A stretch of 64,000 nucleotides of DNA from an uncultured Planctomycetota bacterium (GCA_963849325.1 CAWKHF010000001.1:224001-288000); one strand, 5' to 3'. Shown: positions 24,039 through 34,586, counted from the stretch's first letter. Made by a program: numbers and translations. The notes: generated from the letters alone by a model not told the origin.

Positions 24039-25177
24039 GCACTTGGCAGAGGGTGCCCCTAGGAGAATTGCTGACTCACCGTAAAGAGTTCATCGAGATC
24101 AACGACCTTGAAACGTACAAGCGTTGCCGGGTCCAGTTACATGCCCAGGGGATCGTCGTCCGCGATCAGGTTTCTGGGGCCGAGATCAAGACGAAGCAGC
24201 AACAAGTCTGTCGAACTGGGGAGTTCCTGGTCGCCGAGATTGATGCAAAGCTCGGCGGATACGGGATTGTCCCGAACGACCTGGAAGGAGCCATCGTCAG
24301 CAGCCACTACTTCTTGTTCAGCATCAACGAGGAAAAGTTGGATCGCCGCTTCCTCGGTTACTTCATCCGAACGCCGGCGTTCTTCGAGCAAGTCGCTGCA
24401 CAGGGATCCACAAACTACGCTGCGATCCGGCCCGGACACGTCCTTCAGTATACGATTCCTCTCCCGCCACTGACCGAGCAGCGGCGACTGGTCGAGCGAA
24501 TCGATTCACTCGCTGGCAAGATCGACGCTGCCCAAACAGGAACGACCGAGATCGATAATCAGAATACAAGACTCTTGATGGCTTCCTTCAATCGGGTCAC
24601 AAAGGACGCCTGCCGACGACCTTTGGGGGAAGTAGCTCCCCTTACTCGGCGGCCTGCACATATCGATCTATTGCAAGAATATCCCCAGGTGTCTGTTCGG
24701 TCATTTGGCCGAGGGACTTTTCACAACCCTCCTCTGAAGGGGAGTGAAATCACTTGGGAGAAGCCCTACCTCGTCAAAGCTGGCGACATCTTGATTAGCA
24801 ACATCAAGGCGTGGGAAGGAGCTATTGCGGTTGCCAAACAAGAGGATGACGGTCGCTTCGGTTCCCACCGTTACTTGACTTATGTACCTGTCCCAGGTGT
24901 CGCCACGGCCAGGTTCCTTTGCTTCTTCATGCTCACGCCCGAAGGGCTTTACCATGTAGGAGAAGCCTCTCCCGGTAGTGCTGACCGGAATCGGACCACC
25001 AGTGCGAAGGGTCTTCTGGAAATTCCTGTCCCGGTGCCGAGCTATGAACAACAGGTCTGGTTTGGAGAGCTTCACGACAAGGTCGAGGCCGTTAGGGAGT
25101 TCCAGGCTCAAACTACTGCCGGACGATCAGCCATGCTTACGGCGATCCTCGACCGGGCCTTCCGTGGGGAGCTATAA
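24035..25177 (+). CDS. hsdS: Type I R-M specificity subunit
   Basis: ATGA overlap with hsdM; two TRD-like halves; IPLPPLTEQRR and AILDRAFRGEL conserved helices. Confidence 0.9.
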   Translation: MSTWQRVPLGELLTHRKEFIEINDLETYKRCRVQLHAQGIVVRDQVSGAEIKTKQQQVCRTGEFLVAEIDAKLGGYGIVPNDLEGAIVSSHYFLFSINEEKLDRRFLGYFIRTPAFFEQVAAQGSTNYAAIRPGHVLQYTIPLPPLTEQRRLVERIDSLAGKIDAAQTGTTEIDNQNTRLLMASFNRVTKDACRRPLGEVAPLTRRPAHIDLLQEYPQVSVRSFGRGTFHNPPLKGSEITWEKPYLVKAGDILISNIKAWEGAIAVAKQEDDGRFGSHRYLTYVPVPGVATARFLCFFMLTPEGLYHVGEASPGSADRNRTTSAKGLLEIPVPVPSYEQQVWFGELHDKVEAVREFQAQTTAGRSAMLTAILDRAFRGEL

Positions 25178-25259
25178 TCATGGCCGAACGGCTCCTGAAC
25201 GGAAGTGTTCGTCCGCCGGAATCTACCGAGTCTGACCTTTTCCCCTGCTACCAAGGCAG

Positions 25260-25332
25260 TGGGGCCTCCCGGATTCGAACCGGGAACCAAGCGATTATGA
25301 GTCGCCTGCTCTGACCGTTGAGCTAAGGCCCC
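25260..25332 (-). tRNA. tRNA with CAT anticodon, most likely tRNA-Ile2 (lysidine type); CCA not encoded
   Basis: GGGGCCT/AGGCCCC acceptor stem; GGCGA-CTCATAA-TCGCT anticodon arm as in E. coli ileX; GGTTCGAATCC T-arm. Confidence 0.93.
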
Positions 25333-25421
25333 TTGGTGCGATGTGTGCAAACGGTGCCCGATCCGCTTGCTCCCCACTTTAACGGCTCCCTCAACCAAGG
25401 GCAACAGGATGACGCAGCGAT

Positions 25422-26183
25422 TCATGCCATCCCCAGCAAGGCATCGACGACCCAGCAGCCGCGCACGTGCTCTCTTGGCGCCCGGCAGTGGTCGAGGATG
25501 TCCGTGTCGGTGCAGCCCGCTTCCTCCAGCGCGTCGGCGAGGATGGGCAAGTCGCGGAAGCGGCGCTCTTTGTAGAGAACGCGGGCCGTGCGAGCGACAG
25601 TACCCTCGTTCCAGGCGAGCCAGGCCGGATCGAGGACCAGAGGGCGGAAGGGATTGCCGAAGACCTCACGGAGCAACTCGACCGCATCGAGCGCTTCCAG
25701 GGGGCGGATGGGTGCGGGTTCGGCAAGGGTCGCCGGGACGCCGGAGCGTTCCTCGCGTTCCGCCTCGGCGGCACGGGCGAGGGCGCGTGCCTGGCGCATG
25801 GCGCTGATGACGTCGGACGGTTCGCGGATGTCGCGCGGTCGTTCCAGGATCGGCCCGTTCCTCGCCACCAGGGCCTCGACGGCCACCGCCGCCGCCTGGG
25901 CCGCCCCCTCAAGTTGGCCGCGCAGCGAACGCACCATCTGGCGAACTTTCTTCAACTGTCGCGCATCCATCGGCTTGTCGGCGGAGTATTCGACCAACTC
26001 GACCGCCTGCCGCAGCCGTTGGTCGGTCAACAGCGGCCAGACGCGGCGAACGCAGGCGCAGGCGAACAGGCATTTTTTCCGAGCGCTGGCTCGCTCGCCG
26101 AGATAGGCCAGCATGAGTTCGGGACAAATGCACTCCCGCCAGTCCGCCTCGCTCATGCGCCGTGTTCCGGTCATCGCCGCCAC
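25422..26183 (-). CDS. Planctomycete paralogous-family hypothetical protein
   Basis: RKKCLFACACVRRVW; LLREVFGNPF; LPILADALEEAGC..HCR..HVRGCWVVDALLG. Confidence 0.85.
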   Translation of the reverse strand: MAAMTGTRRMSEADWRECICPELMLAYLGERASARKKCLFACACVRRVWPLLTDQRLRQAVELVEYSADKPMDARQLKKVRQMVRSLRGQLEGAAQAAAVAVEALVARNGPILERPRDIREPSDVISAMRQARALARAAEAEREERSGVPATLAEPAPIRPLEALDAVELLREVFGNPFRPLVLDPAWLAWNEGTVARTARVLYKERRFRDLPILADALEEAGCTDTDILDHCRAPREHVRGCWVVDALLGMA

Positions 26184-26329
26184 CTCCCGCGCTCCCGACT
26201 CCGGCTCATTTTATCAGGTCCGCCGGCGGCGTCGGCGATCGCCATTGCCGCGGACGGGGGAATCGTTATAGAGGGAGGCGCCGGCGACGCGCCGGCGTGC
26301 AGGGTCTAACGCAATGGAGGGAGCCAGGC

Positions 26330-27960
26330 ATGTCCGCTCGCTGTCGGATCGTCGCTCTAATCTCGGCCGTGCTGCTGTCCGCGGGAGCCGGACGGGCCGA
26401 GGACGCCAAGCTGGAACAAAAGGTATATTCGGTGGCCGACCTCGTCGTCCCCGTGGGCGACGCGGACCAAGGAGAGAAGTCCGCCGCCGCGACGGGCTGG
26501 GCCGCGGCGAGGATGAAACCATCGAAGACGGCATCCGCGGAAGTTCGTCTCAAGAAAGCCCCGCCGGGGGTGACGCACGAAGATCGCCTCATCAAGATCA
26601 TCACCGACACCATCGCGCCGTCGAGTTGGAGTGAGCGCGGCGGGTCGGCAACCATCGAATATTTTCCCCTAGGTATGAGCCTGGTCATCTACCAGACGCC
26701 GGACGTACAGGATCAGATCGCCGACCTGCTGGCCGCTCTGCGCCGCTTGCAGGATATTGAGGTGGCCGTTGAGGTGAAGTTCGTCGATGTGGCGACGGAC
26801 GTATTTCAAGCGTTACAGCGGAAAGGCATCCTCGGCGACCCGGACAAGAACACGCACCACTCCGGAGGCGTCGCCTGTCTCAACGACGCTCAGATACTTC
26901 GCTTCATGGATGCGATCCAGGAGGACGTCCGCACCAATGTGATGCAGGCGCCAGGATGACGATGTTCAACGGCCAGACGGTCGGCTTCAGTCCCCTGGAT
27001 GAGCAGAAAATTGTCACGGGTTTGGAAATCGTTGCCGTGGACGGTCACATCGAGTATCGACCGAAGACCGAAACCATTCCCCTTGGAGTGCGGCTCGGTC
27101 TGCAATCGGTCGTTTCGGAGGATCGCCGCTCCGTCCGCGTTCACCTGAACGCGAAACTGACCAACCTGGACGACTCCGAGGTGCCGGTGTTCCCGATCAC
27201 GACCCCCGCCCCGGATGAGGAGAAAGGCCCGGACGGTAAGCCGCGAACCGTTACGCACTACATCCAGCAGCCGCGCGTCCTCACGATGGACGTAAACCGA
27301 ACGCTGGTCATCCCGGATGGAAACACCGCCGTGTTGACCGGGTTGGTGAGACAAGAGGTGGGCAGGAACGAGTATGGTCCTCCCATCCTGAGCGACCTCC
27401 CCTATGTCGGCCGACTCTTCCGCAATGTGGGGTACCATTGCGAGCTGCATCACCTTCTGGTCCTGGTGACGCCGCGCATCCTCGTCAATCCGGAACAGGA
27501 AAATAAATCTATAAAAAAGATCTCAAAAATTGTAACAGATGCGACTCATGAAGAGGCGGAAGTCAAGGGCGGTTCGGTGAAGAGCGCCCCCTTGCCCATC
27601 ATTCCTCCGAGCCGATCCGACGAAACGTCGCCGGGCGCGGAACCGCCCGACGAGGCGGCGATCTTGCGGGCCATGCCGCCCGTCGAAAATGACTATCCCG
27701 GCTTCGTCACCATCCACCGCGACAACATGCAGATCGTGACGGAATGTCTCGTGGACCGGATCGATCCACCGCGCTTCTACCCGCTGGTTGGGCCGGCCCG
27801 GCTGCGCCACTGTCACTGGAAATGCACGGTTTACTACACCGAGATCGTCGAGGGCGTCGATCCTTCCATCGCCGTTCGATCGACCACGCCCCGAGTTGAC
27901 GTGATCTACGTCGATACGGATCGCCTGCATTTATGCGGCGAGGAGGAGGGCGCGAAATAA
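26330..27960 (+). CDS. Secretin-like (type II/III secretion family) protein with extra C-terminal domain (frameshift near 26957)
   Basis: Signal peptide; VYSVADLV; IAPSSW..IEYFPLGMSLVIYQT; PILSDLPYVGRLFRN; LVLVTPRI. Confidence 0.75.
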
Positions 27961-27966
27961 CGATTT

Positions 27967-28035
27967 TCGTTTCGCCGCGACGCGCAGCGGAGCGCGGGAC
28001 TCTCCCGCGCTCCGCTGCGCGTCGCGGCGAAACGA
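27967..28035. repeat. Palindromic REP-like element, family A, between convergent genes
   Basis: TCGTTTCGCCGCGACGCGCAGCGGAGCGCGGGA ... TCCCGCGCTCCGCTGCGCGTCGCGGCGAAACGA. Confidence 0.92.
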
Positions 28036-28048
28036 GGATGCGGCCTCC

Positions 28049-29195
28049 TCACTTCGTCGAGAACTTGTACACCGTCGTCTGCCGATACGTCTCGCCGGGC
28101 TTGAGGATCATCGACGGGAAATTGGTGTGGTTGACCGAGTTCAGGGAAGTGCTGGGCTTCCAGACAGAACCCCCAATGCTTCTTGTACACGACGCCGCCC
28201 TTGCCGGTCTGCTTGCCGTCGAGGAAATTGCCGGTGTAGAACTGCACGCCCGGCTCAGTCGTGTACATCTGCAGGATTCGACCGCTCTTCGGCTCATACA
28301 CGGTCGCCGCTAGGGCCAGTTTCTTCCCGCCGCTGTTGAGCACATAATTGTGATCGTAGCCGCGCGGCTCGTTCTTCAACTGGTCGATGCGTGCGCCGAT
28401 CTTCTTCGGTTTGGTGAAGTCCAACGGCGTGTCCTGGACCGGCTTGATTTCGCCGGTCGGGATGAGCGTGCCGTCCACCGGCGTGTACTTGTCGGCGTCC
28501 AGTTTCAATTCGTGGTCGAGAATATCGCCGGATTTCGCACCGGCCAGGTTGAAATAACTGTGGTTGGTCAGGTTCACCGGCGTCGCCTTGTCCGTTTTGG
28601 CCGTGTAGTCGAGGCGCAGGGCGTTTTCGTCCGTCAAGGTGTACGTGACCGTGGCGGTAAGGTTGCCGGGGTAGCCCTCCTCGCCATCCTTGCTGACGTA
28701 GGTGAAGACCACGCTCGATTCCTCCGGCCGCGCCTTCCAGACGACCTTGTCAAATCCTTTAAGTCCACCATGCAGGGCGTTCGGCCCGTTGTTGACGGCC
28801 AGCTTATATTCCTTGCCGTCGAGCGTGAACCGGCCCCTGGCGATGCGATTGGCCACCCGACCGACGGTCGCGCCGAAGAACGGATGACCGGCGAGATAGT
28901 CTTTCAGGTTGTCGAAGCCGAGAACGACGTCGCCCCTTTTGCCGTCGCGGTCGGGCACATCCAGCTCGGTGAGAATGGCGCCATAGGTCATGACCTTGGC
29001 CGTCATGCCGGCGCGGTTGGTCAGGGTGTACAGGTCCACCTCGGTCCCTTCGGGCGTCTTGCCGAATGCTTCTTTTTTCACGCTTACCTTCTCCTTTTTG
29101 TCGCTCTTGTTCTTCGCCTCGTCCGCGCCGGCGGCGGCAGCCAGTCCCCCGAGCAGGAGGGTCGCCACGCCCAGATACACGGAAGCCTGTCGCAT
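28049..29195 (-). CDS. galM: Exported aldose 1-epimerase (galactose mutarotase; frameshift near C-terminus)
   Basis: GRVANRI; NALHGG; NLTNHSYFNL; GYDHNY; FCLEAQHFP; signal peptide. Confidence 0.92.
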
Positions 29196-29392
29196 GGATC
29201 GCTCCTTGTGGTCGCACCTGGTGGAGTGCCTCGTCCTCATTTCTTCGACGACACGAGATAGTGTACGGCAGGCTCGCCCGGTCTGGTAGCAGCGGCCCAT
29301 GCCCTCGCCGCTGTCCGGATTGATTTTGCCTCCTCCTTTTGCCACGATGCCGATGATGCCTCCTCCTTTTCGGTCCCGTCAGGAGCCGTGCC

Positions 29393-30817
29393 ATGAACGA
29401 GCAGCCTTACTGCGATTACCGCATGACCGTCCGCATCGAGATTCCGAACCAGCCCGGCCAGTTCGCGCGGCTGGCGACGCTGCTGGCGGAGGAGGGCGCC
29501 AACCTCGGCGCCATCGACATTGTGGAGGTTGGCCGCACCAAGATGGTCCGCGACATCACCTTCGACGCCCGCAGCGAGTCGCACGCCGAGCACGTCCTCC
29601 AGCGTCTGCGTTCGCTGCCCGGCGTGCGCGTGCGTTCGGCCTCCGACCGCGTTTTTTTGCTGCACCTGGGCGGCAAAATCACCACGCGGGCCAAGGTCGC
29701 GGTCAAGACGCGCAACACGCTGTCGATGGTGTACACGCCGGGCGTGGCCCGTGTCTGCCGGGCCATCGCCGAGGACAAGGACAAGGCGTTCGCCTTCACT
29801 TGCCGGGCCAACAGCGTGGCCGTGGTCAGCGACGGCACGGCCATCCTCGGCCTGGGCGACCTCGGGCCGGAGGCGGCCCTGCCGGTCATGGAGGGCAAAA
29901 TCATGCTCTTCAAGGAATTCGCCGACATCGACGGCTGGCCGCTGTGCCTGGCGACCAAGGACGTGGACGAAATCGTCCGCGTCGTCAAGGCCGTGGCCCC
30001 GTCCTTCGGCGGCATCAACCTCGAAGACATCAGCGCTCCACGCTGTTTCGACATTGAAGATCGTCTAAAGTCTGAACTGGACATTCCCGTCATGCACGAC
30101 GATCAGCACGGCACGGCCGTCGTTCTGCTGGCGGCGCTGCTCAACGCCCTCAAGGTGGTGGGCAAGGCCCCAGGCGCGATCAAGGTGGTGGTCAACGGCA
30201 TGGGCGCGGCGGGGACGGCGTGCTGTCGTATCCTGCTGGCCGCCGGCGTTCGTCGGCTGATCGGCTGCGATCGCAACGGCGCCGTGCTGGACGTGACCGC
30301 GGAGAACGTCGGCGCCGCCCATAAGGACCTGCGCGGCGTCATCCGCTTTGACGCCCCCTTCTCGGTATTGCGCGAGGCGCTGCGCGACGCCGACGTCTTC
30401 ATCGGCCTGTCGCGCGGCAACGTCCTGACCGCCGACGACCTGCAAGTGATGGCCGCCGACCGCATCGTCTTCGCCATGGCCAATCCCGACCCGGAGATCG
30501 CCCCGGACCAGGCGTTGCCGCACTGCCGCATCCTGGCCACCGGCCGCTCCGATTATCCCAACCAGGTCAACAACCTGCTCGCCTTCCCCGGCATCTTCCG
30601 CGGCGCTCTCGACGTGCGGGCGCGGGAGATCAACGAGCCGATGAAGCTCGCCGCCGCCCACGCCATCGCCGACGCCATCCCGGAGGACCATCTGACCGAG
30701 GATTACATTGTGCCCAGCGTCTTCGAGAAGCGCGTGGTGCGGGCGGTGGCGCGAGCCGTGGCGAAAGCGGCCCACGACAGCGGCGTCGCCCGCCGCCGCG
30801 AACGCGAAGTGCAGTAA
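29393..30817 (+). CDS. NAD(P)-dependent malic enzyme with N-terminal ACT domain
   Basis: YTPGVA; SDGTAILGLGD; PVMEGK; INLEDI; HDDQHGT; ATGRSDYPNQVNN. Confidence 0.93.
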   Translation: MNEQPYCDYRMTVRIEIPNQPGQFARLATLLAEEGANLGAIDIVEVGRTKMVRDITFDARSESHAEHVLQRLRSLPGVRVRSASDRVFLLHLGGKITTRAKVAVKTRNTLSMVYTPGVARVCRAIAEDKDKAFAFTCRANSVAVVSDGTAILGLGDLGPEAALPVMEGKIMLFKEFADIDGWPLCLATKDVDEIVRVVKAVAPSFGGINLEDISAPRCFDIEDRLKSELDIPVMHDDQHGTAVVLLAALLNALKVVGKAPGAIKVVVNGMGAAGTACCRILLAAGVRRLIGCDRNGAVLDVTAENVGAAHKDLRGVIRFDAPFSVLREALRDADVFIGLSRGNVLTADDLQVMAADRIVFAMANPDPEIAPDQALPHCRILATGRSDYPNQVNNLLAFPGIFRGALDVRAREINEPMKLAAAHAIADAIPEDHLTEDYIVPSVFEKRVVRAVARAVAKAAHDSGVARRREREVQ

Positions 30818-30822
30818 GAAGA

Positions 30823-30960
30823 ATTTCACCCCAGAGGACGCAGAGAACGCAGAGAAGACAAGTGAAAATAGAAAAAATAGAGAGTGAAAAGGGCATTGTT
30901 CTATTATGCATCTTTCTTATCTTTTTTTCTCTGCGTTCTCTGCGTCCTCTGCGGTGAAAT
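30823..30960. repeat. Hairpin element, family C, between convergent genes (AT-rich loop)
   Basis: ATTTCACCcCAGAGGACGCAGAGAACGCAGAGA ... TCTCTGCGTTCTCTGCGTCCTCTGcGGTGAAAT. Confidence 0.85.
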
Positions 30961-30969
30961 CCTTCTGAT

Positions 30970-32409
30970 TTAGGAGAGGATCGGCTTGATGACCTCGCCG
31001 TGTACGTCGGTCAATCGCCGATCGCTGCCGTTGTGGCGGAAGGTCAGTTTGGTGTGATCGATGCCCAGCAGATGCAGAATGGTCGCGTGCAGATCGTAGC
31101 AGTACGTCGGCTCGATGGCGCGCCAGGACCACTCATCGCTCTGGCCGTGAGCGGTGCCGGCCTTGACGCCGGCGCCGGCCAACCACGTCACGAACGTGCC
31201 GCCGTTATGATCGCGGCCGGTCGATCCCTGGCTGAACGGCTGACGGCCGAACTCCGTGCTCCACACCACCAGCGTATCCTCGAACAGGCCGCGCGCCTTC
31301 AAATCGCGCAGCAGGCCGGCGATCGGCTTATCGACGCCGACGGCGATCTTCGGCAGCTCCGTGTTGATGTTGGCGTGGTTGTCCCAGTTGTTCGTCGGCC
31401 CGCCGGCCCCGCTCCACACCTGCACGAAGCGCACGCCGCGCTCGATCAGCCGCCGAGCGATCAGACAATTGCGGCCGAACGTCTCCGTGGTCTTGTCGTC
31501 CAGGCCGTACAGCCGGCGCGTCGCCGCCGTCTCCTTGTCGATATTCAGCACTTCCGGGCGCTGACCTGCATTTTCGCAGCCAACTCATACGAGGCGATGC
31601 GTGCGTCGAGGCGCGAATCGCCCTGCCAGCGGGCGGCGTGCTCGCGGTTCATCTGCTGGAGCAGGGCGAGTCCTTCCTTCTCGCTGGAAGGCGTGATGAA
31701 CTTCGCGCTCGGCGGTGGAAACAGGTCGGCGATGGGGTTGGGAGCGTTGGCCTTGATGATCGTGCCCTGGTGGATGACGGGCAGGAAACCGGACGAGAAG
31801 TTGCCGCGGTTGTTGTAGGGCAGGCCTGCGCGGGTCCGGTAGGACGACGAAGGTCGGCAGGTTGTCGTTGAGGCTGCCCAGACCATAGGACAGCCACGCT
31901 CCCAGGCACGGAAAACCCGGCAGCACGAAGCCGGTGTTCATCATGTAACTGGCCGGCCCGTGTACGTTGGTCTTGCTGGCCATCGCCATCAGAAAGGCCA
32001 GGTCATCGACGCAGCCGGCGACGTGCGGGAAGACACTACTGACCCAGCGACCGCACCGGCCATGCTGCTGGAAGGCGAACGGACTCTTCATCACGTGGCC
32101 GGGCGTGGACGTGACCGCCTCGAACTGCGTACCGGGGTCGAACTTTTGGCCGTGGCGTTTGCTCAGCTCCGGCTTGTAATCGAAGGTGTCACACTGGCTC
32201 GCTCCACCGTTCATGAATAGCTGGATGACGCGCTTCACCTTCGCCCGGTGATGCATCCCACCGTTGAGATCCTTGCGGGAAGCCGGGGCGCCGGCGAGCA
32301 GACCATCGTGACCCAGCAAGTGCGCCAGGGCGATGCCGCCGAGACCGCCGCCCAGACGCCAGAGCAGATCGCGGCGCGACCACACGGGGCGAAAACGGTC
32401 GATGGCCAT
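30970..32409 (-). CDS. DUF1501 family protein (frameshifted)
   Basis: [57 protein letters not shown]. Confidence 0.9.
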
Positions 32410-32789
32410 TGCACGGCTCCCGGGGGCGAGGATGTCTCCATCTTTCCACAGGTGGGCGGGTGTTGTCGAGCGCTTTCCGGGATGAAAGCGGCGCTTGGCC
32501 AGGAACTTCGCCATGCGTCACACCGGCAAAGGGTAAACGTGTTCCTGCTTCAATGCTTCGACGGCGCAGTGCAGGGCCGCCTGGATGCGAACTACCGAAA
32601 TGCCTCCTCGAACACGCTGGCCCTCTCTGGAATCACCAGCAAGCAGTAGTAGGAGATAACGTCTGTTCAAGCAGGTTCCCTTTTCGATCCACCGAATGAG
32701 CTTGACATTGCGGATGAGTACATAGATTTTGTATACTCGTAAAGATAATTTGGTTCGGGTGGACACCGAGAGATCGAGGAAGACTAACT

Positions 32790-32909
32790 ATGGCAGATAG
32801 TCCAAAATCGAGTCCTCCACCCCCACCACCTCCCAAGCCTGATCCCAAACGAACCGCAACACCGCGTGAAGTGCGGGAAGGGAAAAAGGGCGGGAACCGC
32901 AAGAAGTGA
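32790..32909 (+). CDS. Small peptide 1 (39 aa) MADSPKSSPPPPPPPKPDPKRTATPREVREGKKGGNRKK; below the ORF-track cut-off
   Basis: Translated by hand; GAGGA RBS upstream; shares a motif with the next peptide. Confidence 0.6.
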   Translation: MADSPKSSPPPPPPPKPDPKRTATPREVREGKKGGNRKK

Positions 32910-32919
32910 GAAGATTGTC

Positions 32920-33054
32920 ATGGCGAAAAATCCCAAGCAAAGCCAGTCTGGGAAGCCGGCCTCACCGTCCGGGAAAGGCCCGGCAACAGACCCGAAACAG
33001 ACTGCAAAACCGCGTGAAATTCACCGAAATAGCGACCCCAAAAAGAAAAAGTGA
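32920..33054 (+). CDS. Small peptide 2 (44 aa) MAKNPKQSQSGKPASPSGKGPATDPKQTAKPREIHRNSDPKKKK
   Basis: Starts 10 nt after peptide 1; shared DPKxTAxPRE[VI] motif. Confidence 0.6.
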   Translation: MAKNPKQSQSGKPASPSGKGPATDPKQTAKPREIHRNSDPKKKK

Positions 33055-33099
33055 CAGCTCGACCCACCAACACCAACGAGGGTGATGCGCGACGGTTTG

Positions 33100-33852
33100 C
33101 TACTTGTTGTCTTCCCCCTTGATGATCTCCACCCGGATGGGTACCTTCGGGGGAGGTGATGTCACGTTCCAGATGGGCCAGACGAGCGCGGGGAGGAGGA
33201 GACAGAACAAGGCCCACCAGTAACAGCGGCCAGCACAATCGACCCGCTTGGCCTTAATTGCGTTCACGACATCCAGCCCTTCGCAGCACTGATGCCATAG
33301 TCCCAAGAAGGTGGCCTCGGCCTTGTCGCTGTACGCCTCCGCGTAATTGACCGCCTCGGTGACTGGCGGCGGGCTAGGGTGAGTCCTGGGCCGGCGTGCT
33401 GAGTTGGCGAGCGCGATGGCCGCGAGAGCGCATCCGAGGGAAGGTAAGAGAAGGATGGGCAGCCAGGCACTGTAGTGGTTCACGGTCGCTAGTGCGGCCA
33501 CGGTGACGACTGCGGTGCCGCCGCCCAAGTATTTGATGATGGCATCCGCTTTCTCGTCGAGGTAGCGGAAGGTCTGATCCAGTCGTTGATAGCTTTCCTT
33601 GGCGTATTCGATGGCCCACTTGTAGTCACAACCGTCTTTGGGTTCAAAGTTCTGCTTGAACGTCTCCGCATCCATGTAAGATGGATGGTTCTGGTAGTCA
33701 ATGGCCTGGTCGCGCCGCGCTGCCACACGCGAGGGACGTTTTCCTGAATCCATCGCCTCCACTCCTCCGCGTTCTTGCGTAGCGCCTGGATCAGTGCTTC
33801 GGTGGAACCCCGTCGTTGGGTGCTCATGTCCGGCCTCGCTCTGAGTGTTCAT
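33100..33852 (-). CDS. Hypothetical membrane protein (about 3 TM; start uncertain)
   Basis: LDEKADAIIKYLGGG, hydrophobic segments, RRPR, NAIKAKRV, C-terminal TM. Confidence 0.7.
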   Translation of the reverse strand: MNTQSEAGHEHPTTGFHRSTDPGATQERGGVEAMDSGKRPSRVAARRDQAIDYQNHPSYMDAETFKQNFEPKDGCDYKWAIEYAKESYQRLDQTFRYLDEKADAIIKYLGGGTAVVTVAALATVNHYSAWLPILLLPSLGCALAAIALANSARRPRTHPSPPPVTEAVNYAEAYSDKAEATFLGLWHQCCEGLDVVNAIKAKRVDCAGRCYWWALFCLLLPALVWPIWNVTSPPPKVPIRVEIIKGEDNK

Positions 33853-34078
33853 GAGGTTAGTTGATGCAATTATACCGAGAGGATCATCGTGGCGGTGACG
33901 GGTCCAGTCGCTAAGGCTCGCCGGATCGACGAACCGATGTCGCTCCCTCGTATCTCAGGGCGTTCCGCTCAGGGGCGTCCAGGCGCCAAGCCAGACGCTC
34001 GACGGCCGGCCCTGTCTGTGCTAGCCTCCCAAGCGGCGGATCCGCCATGCGCGACAGATGATTCCGGAGGGCCATGCC

Positions 34079-34378
34079 ATGTCGATCATCATTGGGGGCT
34101 TCGTCAAGAACGGCGTCGTCGTGCCCGATTCGCCGTTGCCGGAAGGGGCACAAGTCGAAATTCAGCTAAAAACGGCTCGGCCGGAGGCCCTGCCAGACGC
34201 TGCGGTTCGCGTCTCGCCGAGCGAACTGCGGAAGATGCCGCGTGAGCAGCGGCAAACCATCCTGTCGGCCGCGGCGGAAATGGCGGAGCCGGACTACCGC
34301 TCGGACAGGGAACTGACCGGCTTCGATGCCTTCAGCGAGGAAGAACGAAATGACGACGACGAATCCGACCCTCGTTAG
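34079..34378 (+). CDS. Putative antitoxin-like small protein
   Basis: GFVKNGVVVPDSPLPEGAQVEI N-terminus; acidic YRSDRELTGFDAF tail; overlaps the MazF-like fragment. Confidence 0.65.
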   Translation: MSIIIGGFVKNGVVVPDSPLPEGAQVEIQLKTARPEALPDAAVRVSPSELRKMPREQRQTILSAAAEMAEPDYRSDRELTGFDAFSEEERNDDDESDPR

Positions 34379-34547
34379 GGGCGAGGTCTGGCGGATCCGG
34401 TTCGATCCGGCCGAGGGCGATGAAATCAAGAAGGTTCGGACAGCCGTCGTCAGCGAAAATGCCATCGAACGTGTCAGTGCGCTTCCACATGCCGCGGAGA
34501 GCCGGAGCGAGGCATCGCGGACGTCGGCGGCACGGCGACGAGGTTGA
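34350..34547 (+). pseudogene. Truncated PemK/MazF-family toxin
   Basis: RGEVWRIRFDPAEGDEIKKVRTAVV matches the MazF N-terminus; similarity stops after about 40 codons. Confidence 0.75.
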
Positions 34548-34586
34548 CGAAGGCGCCCGCGTCCAACCCATCAAGGTCGCCGACCT

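Noticed and set aside
25260-25332. tRNA-Met call and attL/attR duplication
   Set aside because: The anticodon arm matches the Ile2 type and the 1-72 pair is matched, so it is not an initiator tRNA; no second copy of the 3' end was seen
32702-32737. Sigma70 promoter for the peptide pair (TTGACA with TAGATT or TATACT)
   Set aside because: Spacers are 15 and 24 bp, outside the usual 16-18; not supportable
32518-32766. 82-aa minus-strand ORF in the low-GC islet
   Set aside because: No motif or RBS; overlaps the probable upstream region of the peptide genes
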